Translations under genes and position numbers: made by a program | Shown here: positions 35,182-46,224 of the stretch, one piece after another | Numbering within the stretch: position 1 is the stretch's first letter | Layout: every line of letters begins with the position of its first letter | Assembly: GCA_963422375.2 (NCBI GenBank) | Contig: OY729428.2 | Coordinates: forward strand, 64,001 to 128,000 | DNA: 64,000 bases | Direction: 5' to 3' | Source of the DNA: Bryobacterales bacterium | Lineage (GTDB): Bacteria; Acidobacteriota; Terriglobia; Bryobacterales; UBA6623 | Notes under the pieces: model-generated | What the model was told of the DNA's origin: nothing | The model's database searches: none | What the model saw: only the letters and a program-made list of their open reading frames with translations

Positions 35182-36735
35182 ATGAAGCAGCAGCTGACAC
35201 AGGTTTGGAACGCGCTGCGCGCCAGCAGCCCGGAACGCCTCTCCGCGCTGTTGGAGGTCAACATACGGCATCTTCGCGACGTTCGAGACTTGCGAGTGGC
35301 GTTCGACTATCCCGTTTGCGTGCTTGCAGGACCCAACGGATGCAGCAAGTCGACCGTCCTATTCGCGTGCGCTTGCGCTTACCGCGTGCCGGGGCACGGG
35401 CCACGGGAGTTCGTCCCAAGCAGCCTGTTTCCCGACTTTTCCGGACGACCCGGGGCACCGTTGGCAGATGCCGTTGACCGCACGGAACTAGTCTTACACT
35501 ACCTGCACGAGGGCGAGCGGACCTCCATGGCCTGGAAGCGAAACAAGACATGGAATCGCAGCTTCATGGAGCGACGCCGAGGCAAGCAGCCTGACCGCGA
35601 TCTCTATCTCCGTACCCTTACCAACCTCACCAACCCGTCCGAGGTTCGAGGCGTCCTGCAGATTGCCCGCAGGCCCTACGACACGACCAGACTGACACCC
35701 GATCTTCTGATCCTGGCCCAGCGGATCCTGCCAGGGAGGTACCGGACACTATCGCTCATAGGAGCGAATATTCGCGATCTGCTGTTCGCCGAGCTCGAGG
35801 GCGCGGAGAACACGGCGTACGTCCGAGTTCCACATGTCGTCCGGAGAGCGGACGATTCTACGCGTTTCCAAGGCCATCTCGCGGCTCGAGAATGCCCTCG
35901 TCCTGATCGACGAGATCGAGACCGGTCTGCATCCATACACGCAACAGCAGATGATGCTGGAACTGCAGCGGATCGCCCTCAGACGGCGACTGCAGATCAT
36001 CGTCGCCACCCACAGCGCGGTCGTCCTCGACAGCGTGCCTCCGGAGGCACGCATCTTTCTCGACCGCGACCCCGGAAGCGCCGACGTGCGTCGAGTGCCC
36101 GCTTACCGTGACATCTTCCAGAAGGCCCTGTACGGGCAATCGCTGGACCGCCTCTCCATCTTGTGCGAGGACGATGTCTCCGAGAGGCTGATCGGCGGCG
36201 CGCTGGATGTCTTGAACGTGAGGACGGGCCTTCGCCACCAAGATGTGTTCGTAGGCAGGAACACCGGGCAAGGCGAGTTTCCGGCCCATGTTCGCGCACT
36301 TGGAAAGTTCGGCAAGCTGCATGACTTCCTATTCGTCCTGGATGGCGACGCCGACCAGATGGCTGACCGACTTCGCTCCGTAGGGGAGAGCCAAGGCCAC
36401 TGGGTCGATCCGCTGGTCCTGCCGGGATGCCGGGATACGGACCGCCCGAGGAATGGATTTGGCGCATGCTCGGGCGGTCACCGGACATTCACGCGGTGCC
36501 GCTCGGCTTAGCCGCCGACGACATCGTCAGCCGGATGCGCGAAATCGAGCAAGTGGTCCACGGCGCGCTCAAGCCGACGGAGGCGCTCAAGGCGCGGCTC
36601 GAAGCGCTGGCCGGCGAGGTGAACCGCTCGACCGCCGAAATCGCGAGGTTGGTCAGCCGCAACGAGACGGCGAAGCCGGAGGGAGGGTCGATGGCCTCGT
36701 TCGCCACCTTGCTCGAGGAGAAGATCCGCGCCTAG
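35182..36735 (+). pseudogene. ABC/AAA_21-type ATPase with C-terminal TOPRIM-like domain (OLD-like ATP-dependent nuclease), two frameshifts
   Basis: GPNGCSKST Walker A, HMSSGE signature, LIDEIETGLHP, ATHS, then ILCEDD and VLDGD; frameshifts near 35821 and 36429. Confidence 0.8.
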
Positions 36736-36779
36736 CGGCAACTGTGAATCAGGACGGCGCGACGACTGCAGAGTGAGAG

Positions 36780-37096
36780 TGATTGCCGGCGCTTACCGCC
36801 GTCGCGGGTGGAGACCAAGCACGGGGAGGCGGAGCGCATGGTGCGGGCCCGCGACGCGGGCAACGGCGCCCCCGCCGCTGAAGCGGGACCGGCAGGGGGG
36901 ATGGCAGGGAAGCTGGCGACCGAGGAAGGCCAGAGACCATTGAAGCTACGGGAGCGGACGCTGGAGACGGAGTTCGGGATCGTCAAGCCGGCGCTCGGAT
37001 TCCCCGCCTTCCTGCTGCCGCGAAGCGAGAACGCGCGGGGCGAGCGGAGCCTGGTCGCCCTGTCGTACAACTCCAGGCGGCTGCACGTTTTCCAAT
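36780..37096 (+). mobile_element. IS1182-like transposase C-terminal remnant
   Basis: KLRERTLETEFGIVKPALGF...GERSLVALSYNSRRLH; interrupted by IS1595; left boundary approximate. Confidence 0.65.
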
Positions 37097-38149
37097 GGGA
37101 ATTATATATCTGAGTGCCGACAACGCCATGTCCGACGAGAACTGCTCTGAGCAGGGAGGTCGGTGTCGAGCTCGGGTCATTCGAGTGCGGCCGCGGCAGG
37201 CACGGAGGGGTGGGATCGTATCTGAATCGAGCCTGCCAGCGGATTGGACGAGGAACGGACTAGAGAGGCCACCTCGCATGCCCCGGTGGAACCCGGTTGG
37301 CGGTGGCAGGGCACCCCTTGCAAGCCGCTTGCAGGCCCTCCGAGGGCCGAAGACAGCGGATCCCCGGCGCTCGACGGCCTGCATGGACGGTCCGGGCCGG
37401 ACCGGGGTCGCACCGGGGCATGCCGGATCCGGTGCGACCCTCGCACCGAGCGTGAAGCGCACCGAGCGTGAAGCGCGCGCCCGCAGCGGGCTGCCGCGCT
37501 CAGCGCGGCGGGCGCCGCTCAGGCCGCGACCGCGGCCTTGCCGGTCAGCTGCCAATAGGTCAACGTCCGGCCGACCAAGCCCCGCGCCATGCGCCGCATC
37601 TGTTCCGCCGTGTCGCAGTCGCGGTCGTTGCGCCGTCCCGCGAACTCCGTGAGGTAGCTTCCGGCTGATGCCTAGGTCGCGGTGCAGCTTCATGCTCGAG
37701 ACGCCCTTGATGCCGGTGGTCAGCAGGAACAGGGCGACGGCCCGGGTGCGGTAGCCGAGCTTGGTGTCGGCCATCACGCTGCCGGTGCGCACCGAAAAGC
37801 GCTTGCCGCAGCCGCGGCAACGGTACGGCATCGAAGGGTGGGCCGCGTCGGACTGCACGCTGGAGCCGCGGCAGCGGGGGCACGCGGGACCGTCCGGCCA
37901 GCGCATGGAGGCGAACCACCTTTCCGCGGATTCGTCATCGGGGAACATGGCGATCACTTCGATCAATGTGATGCCTTTACGGAACCACTTTCCGGGACCT
38001 GATTTCTTCATTTACGGCATCCCCTGCTGGCACTATTCTACCAAGAAACACCACAGAATATCAACAGAAAATCGGAAGAAATATGAAATCTTATTATGCC
38101 TTGATAATTTGCCGACTTGATTCCCTCGGCACTCAGATATATAATTCCC
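37097..38149 (-). mobile_element. IS1595 family element (type B, copy 1), internally deleted
   Basis: 22-bp TIR GGGAATTATATATCTGAGTGCC; 8-bp target duplication TTTCCAAT; lacks the catalytic middle present in the 59453 copy. Confidence 0.93.
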
Positions 38150-38565
38150 TTTCCAATCTGCCAAGTCCGCCCGAGCGCGCCTTTCTTGGCCGCGAAACTG
38201 GCCGGACCTGCCCGCTAGCGCCATCTGAAGGCCCCGCGCGGGCATTCCGGGCACGAGCGCCCGCCCGGGGCGGGAACGCCCCACCCGCCCGAAGCGGCGC
38301 ATCGAGCGGTCCGGCATCGCCGACACTTTCCCGGCGCCTTCCGCGGCTTATCTGTCCGACAGAGGGCCGGGCGCGGGGCTCGATTCCTTGGGCGGTCAGC
38401 GCGCAAGGGCGGCGGAGTCCGTCCCGACACGGCCGGCGAGACGCCAGCGCGCGAGCACTTGCTTAGGCCCGCTCGTCCGCCGCGCTGCGCGCACGCTTGC
38501 GATCCGCCCGGACCCGTTCGCGGCATTTCCATTCGGAATCGCTCGCGCTCGCCATAACCTGCAAG

Positions 38566-40995
38566 ATGCGGTTCATACTGCCAATCATCGCCACCCTTCC
38601 GTTGCTGCTGTCCACCGGCCAGCCGGCTTCCGCTCAAGGCGGAGGCCGGCTGGCCGGCACGGTCTCGAGGCAAGAGACCGGCACGCCGATCCACGGTGCG
38701 AGCGTGCTGGTTCTCGAGCTGGGACGCAGCGCGATCACTGACGACCACGGCACCTACGCGTTCGCCGGCGTGCCGCCAGGCACGTATCACGTCGTCGCAC
38801 ACCTCGACCACCTGTTCACCGAACCGGGAAAGACGGTCGCGGTCGCGGCGGGAGAGACTTCGAAACTGGACTTCCTGCTGTCGCTGACCGCGGATCGGTT
38901 CGAGATCACGGTCACGGCTGCGGCCAAGGAGGAGACGCTGCTCGAAGCGTTCCAAGACGTCGAGTCGTTCGACGCCTACGAGCTCGCCGAGTCGAGCGCC
39001 GTCTCGCTCGGCGAGGCGCTGGATCACCGCGTCGGGACGGGCATCGCCAAGCGCAGCTTCGGTCCCGGCAGCGCCTGTCCGATCGTGCGCGGATTCGACG
39101 GGGACCGCGTGCTGGTCATGGAGGACGGCATTCGTACGGGCACGCTGTCGTCGCAGTCCGGGGACCACGGCGAGATTTTCGGCGTGGCGCAGCTCGAACG
39201 GCTCGAGGTCGTCAAGGGCCCCTCCATGCTGCTCTACAGCGGCAACGCGGTAGGCGGCACGGTCAACGCCGTCAGCCGGCACCACGAGCTTCACCGGCGC
39301 CCGCGCCAGGGCCTGCGCGGGTTCCTGTCCGGCTCGGGAGGGTCCACCAACGCCCTGGGAGGAGGCAGCGCCGGGCTGGAGTACGGCATCGGCAAAGTGC
39401 AGTTCTGGGGCCATGGCGGCGGCGTGCGGACGGGAGACTACTCCGCGCCCGGCGTGGGCACGGTATTCAACTCCCGCACGGAACTCGTCAACACCGGCGG
39501 CGGCATCGGATGGTACGGCGACCGGTTCTTCCTCAGCGCTGAGGCCAGGCGCGACCGGGCCGAGTACGGGGTCCCGTTCGCCCACGAGTTCCACGGCCAC
39601 CACGGGGACGAGGATCGTGACGACGACGGTCACGGCGACGAGGACGATCACGGGGACGACGACCACGGCGACGACGACCACGGCGACGAGGACGAAGACC
39701 GGGACGATCACGGGCACCACGGGGAGGAAATCGAACGGATCGCTCTCCAGGCGCGACGCGACAGCTATCGCGTGAACTGGGGGGCGCGAGGGCTCCGCGG
39801 CCCCTTCGAGAGCTTCCAGCTGAAGCTGAGCTACGTCGATTGGGAGCACGACGAGATCGAGCACTTCGAAGACGGCGACTCCGCCATCGGCACGTCGTTC
39901 CGCAACGACCGAATCGTCTACAGGGGCGAGCTCGAGCAGAACAGGAAAGGGCCCTTGAGCGGACGGCTCGGCTTCTGGGGCTTGGACCGCAACTACAGCG
40001 CCGCCGGGGAGGAGGCGCTCTCGCCGCCGGTCGCCGGCACGGGCTTCGCCGTCTTCGGCCTCGAGGAAGTGGATTTCGAGCGCTTCAAGCTGCAGTTCGG
40101 GGGCCGTCTCGAAACGCGGCGCTACCGGCCTTCGTTTTCCGAGCGCGGAGCGGGCCATGACCACGGGGAAGAGGGTCACGAGGAAGAGGAAGGCGGGCAC
40201 GCGGACGGGCACGCGGCGCCGGACGCGATCGAACGAGCGTTCAGCGGCGCGTCCGCCGCGATCGGCATCCACGCCGATGCCTGGCGCGGGGGAGCGTTCG
40301 TCGCGCACTTCGCGCACAGCTATCGGGCGCCGGCACTGGAGGAACTCTATTTCTTCGGCCCGCACGCCGGAACCCGTACGTTCGATATCGGAGACCCGCT
40401 TCTCGACGCGGAGCGCGGCAACGGCTTCGACGCCTCCCTGAGGCACAGGCAGGATCGCCTCCGGGCCGAACTCAACTTCTTCTACTACGGTTTCGAAGAC
40501 TTCATCTTCCCGTTCGCCACCGGCGAGGAGGCGGACGGCCTGCTGGAGATCGCCTACACGCAGCGCGACGCCCGCTTCGCGGGCACCGAGGCGAACCTCG
40601 ACGTCGGGCTGCGCCGCGGCCTCTGGCTCAACCTCGGCATGGACTACGTCGACGCGAAGGACCCGGACTCGGGAACGCACCTGCCGCGGATTCCGCCCCT
40701 GCGCGGCAAGGTCGGGCTCGAATTCCGCAAGGGCGGCCTCCGCGTCGCGCCGGCGCTGATCCTCGCCGGGTCCCAGACGCGCACGTTCACGGAGGAAACG
40801 CCGACCGCGGGCTACGCGCTCATGGATCTGAAGGCGTCCTACACCTACGGGCAGCAGCGCCTCGCGCACCAGTTCTCGGTCAATGTCTTCAACCTAGGGG
40901 ACCGGCTCTACCGCAACCACTCGTCGTACATCAAGGATCTCGCCCCCGAGATCGGGCGCGGCGTGCGGTTCACCTACATGGTGCGGTTCTTCTAG
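38566..40995 (+). CDS. TonB-dependent receptor with His/Asp-rich loops (ZnuD-like metal uptake)
   Basis: Signal peptide, carboxypeptidase-like N-domain, PIVRGFDGDRV plug, LEVVKGP, NLGDRLYRNHSS, terminal F. Confidence 0.92.
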   Translation: MRFILPIIATLPLLLSTGQPASAQGGGRLAGTVSRQETGTPIHGASVLVLELGRSAITDDHGTYAFAGVPPGTYHVVAHLDHLFTEPGKTVAVAAGETSKLDFLLSLTADRFEITVTAAAKEETLLEAFQDVESFDAYELAESSAVSLGEALDHRVGTGIAKRSFGPGSACPIVRGFDGDRVLVMEDGIRTGTLSSQSGDHGEIFGVAQLERLEVVKGPSMLLYSGNAVGGTVNAVSRHHELHRRPRQGLRGFLSGSGGSTNALGGGSAGLEYGIGKVQFWGHGGGVRTGDYSAPGVGTVFNSRTELVNTGGGIGWYGDRFFLSAEARRDRAEYGVPFAHEFHGHHGDEDRDDDGHGDEDDHGDDDHGDDDHGDEDEDRDDHGHHGEEIERIALQARRDSYRVNWGARGLRGPFESFQLKLSYVDWEHDEIEHFEDGDSAIGTSFRNDRIVYRGELEQNRKGPLSGRLGFWGLDRNYSAAGEEALSPPVAGTGFAVFGLEEVDFERFKLQFGGRLETRRYRPSFSERGAGHDHGEEGHEEEEGGHADGHAAPDAIERAFSGASAAIGIHADAWRGGAFVAHFAHSYRAPALEELYFFGPHAGTRTFDIGDPLLDAERGNGFDASLRHRQDRLRAELNFFYYGFEDFIFPFATGEEADGLLEIAYTQRDARFAGTEANLDVGLRRGLWLNLGMDYVDAKDPDSGTHLPRIPPLRGKVGLEFRKGGLRVAPALILAGSQTRTFTEETPTAGYALMDLKASYTYGQQRLAHQFSVNVFNLGDRLYRNHSSYIKDLAPEIGRGVRFTYMVRFF
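39583..39729 (+). repeat. Low-complexity coding repeat (HGDDD/HGDED units) within the TonB receptor
   Basis: CACGGSGACGASGAC-type units encoding HGDEDRDDDGHGDEDDHGDDDHGDDDHGDEDE. Confidence 0.85.
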
Positions 40996-41702
40996 CCCGC
41001 ATTATTCACGAATGCGGGGCAGGCTCATGGGTCCAGTTTCTGGGCCATCGATATCGTCTCGGGGCGCCGCTCGTGCCGGCGCCGCACGACGCAGCGGGCC
41101 GGTATCGCGGACAGCGCGCTCGGCGCGTCCGCGGTGCCGGCGTTCTCGAAGCGCGACAGGGTGGGCCGGGACGGCAGGTCGCGGCCCTGCCAGGGGTCGC
41201 GCCCGAGCGGCAGCTTGAACACGGGGTCGCCGCCGAGGCGCCCGGCGTCGTGGCAGTCCTCCTAGCCGCAGGCGCGGCCGTAGATGCGCTGGCGGAGCAT
41301 GTCCGCGAGGGAGTGGAGCACCTCGGAGGGCTGGCGCCGGTCGCGCAGGCAGCCGGCGAACGCCGCGGTGAGGCCGGGAGCGCGGTCGGCGGCCTCGACC
41401 GGGACAGCGCCGCCGTCGGAGCTGCTGCGCTCGTGATCGCAGCGGACGGCGACGGGGCGACGGCGCGGATTGCGGAACGGAACGCCTTGGGAGCCTGCGG
41501 ATGCGACCATGCATTCATTATAACCTACCGGATGAAAACCACTTCAGCGTATAAACTTGGATCTCAATCGGACCGGGCCGGGGCTGCCGCCGGGGATCGC
41601 AGGGCACTCCCAGGAGTGAGGATCGCGCTGGACCGGGGGCCCTCACGGCCCGGGCGGAGGGACCGGACTATGGCCCTCCGGGCTACTCATGAATTATCCG
41701 GG
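40996..41702 (-). mobile_element. Internally deleted IS1380 derivative (707 bp, both ends retained)
   Basis: IRs CCCGCATTATTCACGAAT / ACTCATGAATTATCCGGG; CTAG on both sides; interior nearly identical to about 34706-34920. Confidence 0.9.
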
Positions 41703-41718
41703 CTAGGCGACGAGGGCG

Positions 41719-41795
41719 TGGTACCGACGGATGGATTCGAACCATCGACCTCCTGATCCACAATCAGGCGCTCTAACCAACTGAGCTACGTCGGC
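41719..41795 (-). tRNA. tRNA-His (anticodon GTG), non-canonical acceptor end
   Basis: GCCGACGTAGCTCAGTTGGTTAGAGCGCCTGATTGTGGATCAGGAGGTCGATGGTTCGAATCCATCCGTCGGTACCA; full cloverleaf, encoded CCA. Confidence 0.96.
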
Positions 41796-41904
41796 AGCGA
41801 CGCGGCGACCCGGTAGAAATGGCCACGGTTTCGTATTCGCGCCACCCTAACCGCTCCAGCCCCATTCTACACGATCAGGCCTCCCGATGACGCACAATGG
41901 TTGC

Positions 41905-43454
41905 GTGACGGACAGGCGCCGCTTCCTCGCCACCTGCGCGGCGGCCCCCGCCATCCGGCGCGCGCTCCAAGCCGCCCGGCCCCGTCCACCCGGGTTGCGC
42001 TTGGAGTTCCAAGCGTCCGCGCATCCTCCGGTGCCGCCACCCCTCCGCATCGATCCGCCGCCCCGGCTGCTGGTCGAATTCTCCGACACTTCCCGTGGCG
42101 CTGCCTGCAGCCTGGACCTGCGCGTGCTGCTGAACGGCGAGCCCTGCCGTCTTCCCCTCGCGATGTGGACAGGCAACGACCAGTTCCACTGGCACGCCCG
42201 GGAGGCGGCGAACCTTCCCGCCTACCGCGGATCGGTCACTTGGAGCGAGGGCCGCTGGACCCTGTCGGTCTCCGGGCGGACCGCCTTCGAGGCGCGGCCG
42301 GGCCCGCGTAGCGGCGGCGCCGCCGAGCTCGAGGAGCTGCCGCGAGCGACATTCGCCTACGCCCTCGAGCCGAACTGGGGTCTCGGCCCTCTGGGCCGCC
42401 GTCCGGTGGAGTTGTGGCTCCTCCGCGAGCGGGGCGGTGCCAGCCCGCTGGCGCTTGATCTCGCAGGGATCGCGGCAGAAGGGGACTTGGACGGCTGGCT
42501 GTCGAAGCTCGGGGCGTCGGGCCCCGTCTCGGCCACCGGCACGGGCCTGGCGGGCGACCCGGCAGCAACCTTCGCGCAGGATGTCGATCCGGCGGCGTTC
42601 GAGCCGTTCGCGCTCCGCAACTACCCCGAGGCATCCGGGGCGCTGGCCCTAGTCGACACGTCCCGCCTCCAGCCCGAAGAGATCGAAGCGTACCGCGAGC
42701 GGCCGGAGACACGCCTGTCCGACCTGCTGCTAGTTTCCGTGGACGCCACCGTGGACGCCGCCGCCGTCAAGGCCCTGCTCCCCCCGCCCTGCATCGCGCC
42801 CCGGACCGCTGTCGTGCGGGCGCTGGCCGTGCGGGGCCTGGAGAGTCCCGGCTTGGACGAAGCGTGGCTGCTCGCCCAGTGCTCCGTGGACGGCAGCCGC
42901 GCCTGGTACGCGGTTTCGCACGTTCGCGGTGCCGTCGCGGGCGCCGCTTTCGGCCGGGAGGTCCTAGGACGCCCGACCCGGCGCGGCTCAGTCACGACAG
43001 TGCTTGGAGCCAGCCAGTTCGCGGCGTCAGCCTGGCGCGGGGAGCAGGGCCTCTTCCACGCGGAAGGCTTCTACGGCGGGTTTTCGACAGGTACGTCCCT
43101 AGCCGAGATGCCGGTCGCGACCTTGCGGCAGCGGCCCGGACCGGCGGCGGGCCAGCGGCGCGGGGAGATCGTCCTGCAGCACTGGTACTTCCAAGGCTTG
43201 CGCAAGCCTGTCCGGCGCGAGAGCCTGAACCTGTCTTTTCCCGCGACGGGAAGCGGCGTCGCGCCGGACGCGTGGAACCGACTGGGGCCTGCGAAAGCGT
43301 ACTGGGCGGCCCTGTTCGACAGCGCCACCATGCAGCGCCTTCCCGGCGAGGCAGTGGCGCAGATTGAAGACGTGTCGCCGTACTACCGGGACCGCTGCGA
43401 CGGCCGCCTGCCGTGGGAGGCACCCTCTTCGAGCGGCAGCGGGCTCGCCTCGAG

Positions 43455-43458
<4 letters not shown>
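41905..43458 (+). CDS. Tat-signal protein with acetoacetate-decarboxylase-like domain(s)
   Basis: DRRRFLA twin-Arg signal; VDAAAVKALLPPP...DEAWL...AFGREVLGRP resembles the ADC fold. Confidence 0.6.
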
Positions 43459-44777
<1,319 letters not shown>

Positions 44778-44918
44778 AACACCCTCCGCGCCATCCCCGC
44801 TCCCAATGCCGGACGTTCAAGAATACCAAACCAGCCCGGCACCTACTGGCTGCGGGCTCGGCGCAAGCCCTCGCGGCCGCGAGGGCCTGGGGGTATACTC
44901 GGGCGGGGTAGCGCAACA

Positions 44919-46046
44919 ATGCCAGCAGACTCACTCACGCGTCGCGGCCTAATCCGGACCGTGACGGTTCTCCCGCTGACCGCCGCGGCTTCGAGCGCCG
45001 CCAATTCCGCGGTCACGGTCGGCATCATCGGACTCGGCGGCCGCGGGAGCAGCCACGCGCGCCATCTTTCGAACCTTCCCCAGGCAAGGCTAGTCTCGGT
45101 GGCGGAGGTTTCCGATGCATCCGTGGAACGCGCTCGCCAGAGGGTGTCGCTCGACGGCGTCAAGCTGCACAAGGATCTGAACGAGGTGCTGGCGAGCGAC
45201 GTCGACGCCGTCATCATCGCCACGCCGGTCTACATGCATCCGGACCACTTCGAGGCGGCCATCGAAGCAGGCAAGCACATCTACATCGAGAAACCGGCCG
45301 CGGCGGACCTCGCCGGAGCGAAGCGCGTCATGCGCCTGGCCGACGCGGCCCCGCGGAATCTCAACATCACGTTCGGCTACCAGCAGCGTCACGGGGACGT
45401 CTATCGCGCCGCGAAGAAACTCATCGACTCGGGCCGGATCGGCAAGATCAACCTGGTTCACTCGCATTTCCTCAAGAGCGGCATGACAGGGAACGAGCCC
45501 CTGCTGCCGACCCCTCGCAACGAGCGGGAACGGCTGGAGCAGTGGAAGCTCTGGCGCTCGACCTACGGGGAGATCATCACCGAGACGTTCTGCCACAACA
45601 TCGACGCAATGAACTGGTTTGTCGGGGCGCATCCCGTCAAGGCCATCGGCACCGGCGGCCGGTCGGTGATGAAGGTGGGGGATCTGCTTGACCACCTTAA
45701 CGTCACGTTCGACTACCCGGGCAACGTCCAAGGCAACCTCGTGGGGTCCTACCTGTCGCCTTCGTTCTACCGCGAGGTCTACGAGCGGTACTTCTGCCAG
45801 GACGGAGTGGTCGAGACGGCGCGGGGCTACTGGAAGCACTTTCGCGGTCGCAACGACGTCGTGGCGGAGCGCTCGCCCCACGACATCACCATCGACGCGC
45901 TGGAGGAGTTCTTCGGCCGCATCCTCGAGGACAGGCCCGCGAACACCGGCGTGCGCGGTGCGGAGAGCACGCTGACGGCGCTGCTCGGCCAGATGGCGAT
46001 CGACCTCAGGACAGAAGTGACGTGGGAGGAAATGATGGCGAGCTAG
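44919..46046 (+). CDS. Tat-exported Gfo/Idh/MocA oxidoreductase
   Basis: LTRRGLI signal, IGLGGRG, IATPVYMH, HIYIEKP. Confidence 0.92.
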   Translation: MPADSLTRRGLIRTVTVLPLTAAASSAANSAVTVGIIGLGGRGSSHARHLSNLPQARLVSVAEVSDASVERARQRVSLDGVKLHKDLNEVLASDVDAVIIATPVYMHPDHFEAAIEAGKHIYIEKPAAADLAGAKRVMRLADAAPRNLNITFGYQQRHGDVYRAAKKLIDSGRIGKINLVHSHFLKSGMTGNEPLLPTPRNERERLEQWKLWRSTYGEIITETFCHNIDAMNWFVGAHPVKAIGTGGRSVMKVGDLLDHLNVTFDYPGNVQGNLVGSYLSPSFYREVYERYFCQDGVVETARGYWKHFRGRNDVVAERSPHDITIDALEEFFGRILEDRPANTGVRGAESTLTALLGQMAIDLRTEVTWEEMMAS

Positions 46047-46224
46047 CGGGGCGTCCGAATCCGAGACGCGGACCACCATTGGTCGGCAGCGGGCGGGCCG
46101 CGAGCGAGTCCGCGGCCACGGCAGGGCGAGATTCGGACATGTCGTGGTCGTGTCACCGCGAGGGCCGCTGGGTTGGCGAGCCGAGTAGCAGGTCGGCAGC
46201 GCTGAGCGGGATCGACTTGAGGTG

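Noticed and set aside
39583..39729. Repeats in the TonB receptor as a CRISPR or non-coding array
   Set aside because: They are in-frame, codon-level repeats encoding a His/Asp loop, with no spacers.
38215..40869. Long antisense or alternate-frame ORFs (for example 743-2260, 26206-28374, 38215-40869, 50091-52169)
   Set aside because: These are shadow ORFs of GC-rich genes, Arg/Pro/Ala-rich, with no recognisable motifs.
46047..46224. Possible degenerate CRISPR array beyond the cas operon (GGTCGGCAGCG twice, GTCCGAATC/GATTCGGAC stem)
   Set aside because: Only an 11-bp match 110 bp apart, with no repeat-spacer periodicity. I found no CRISPR array anywhere in the window.
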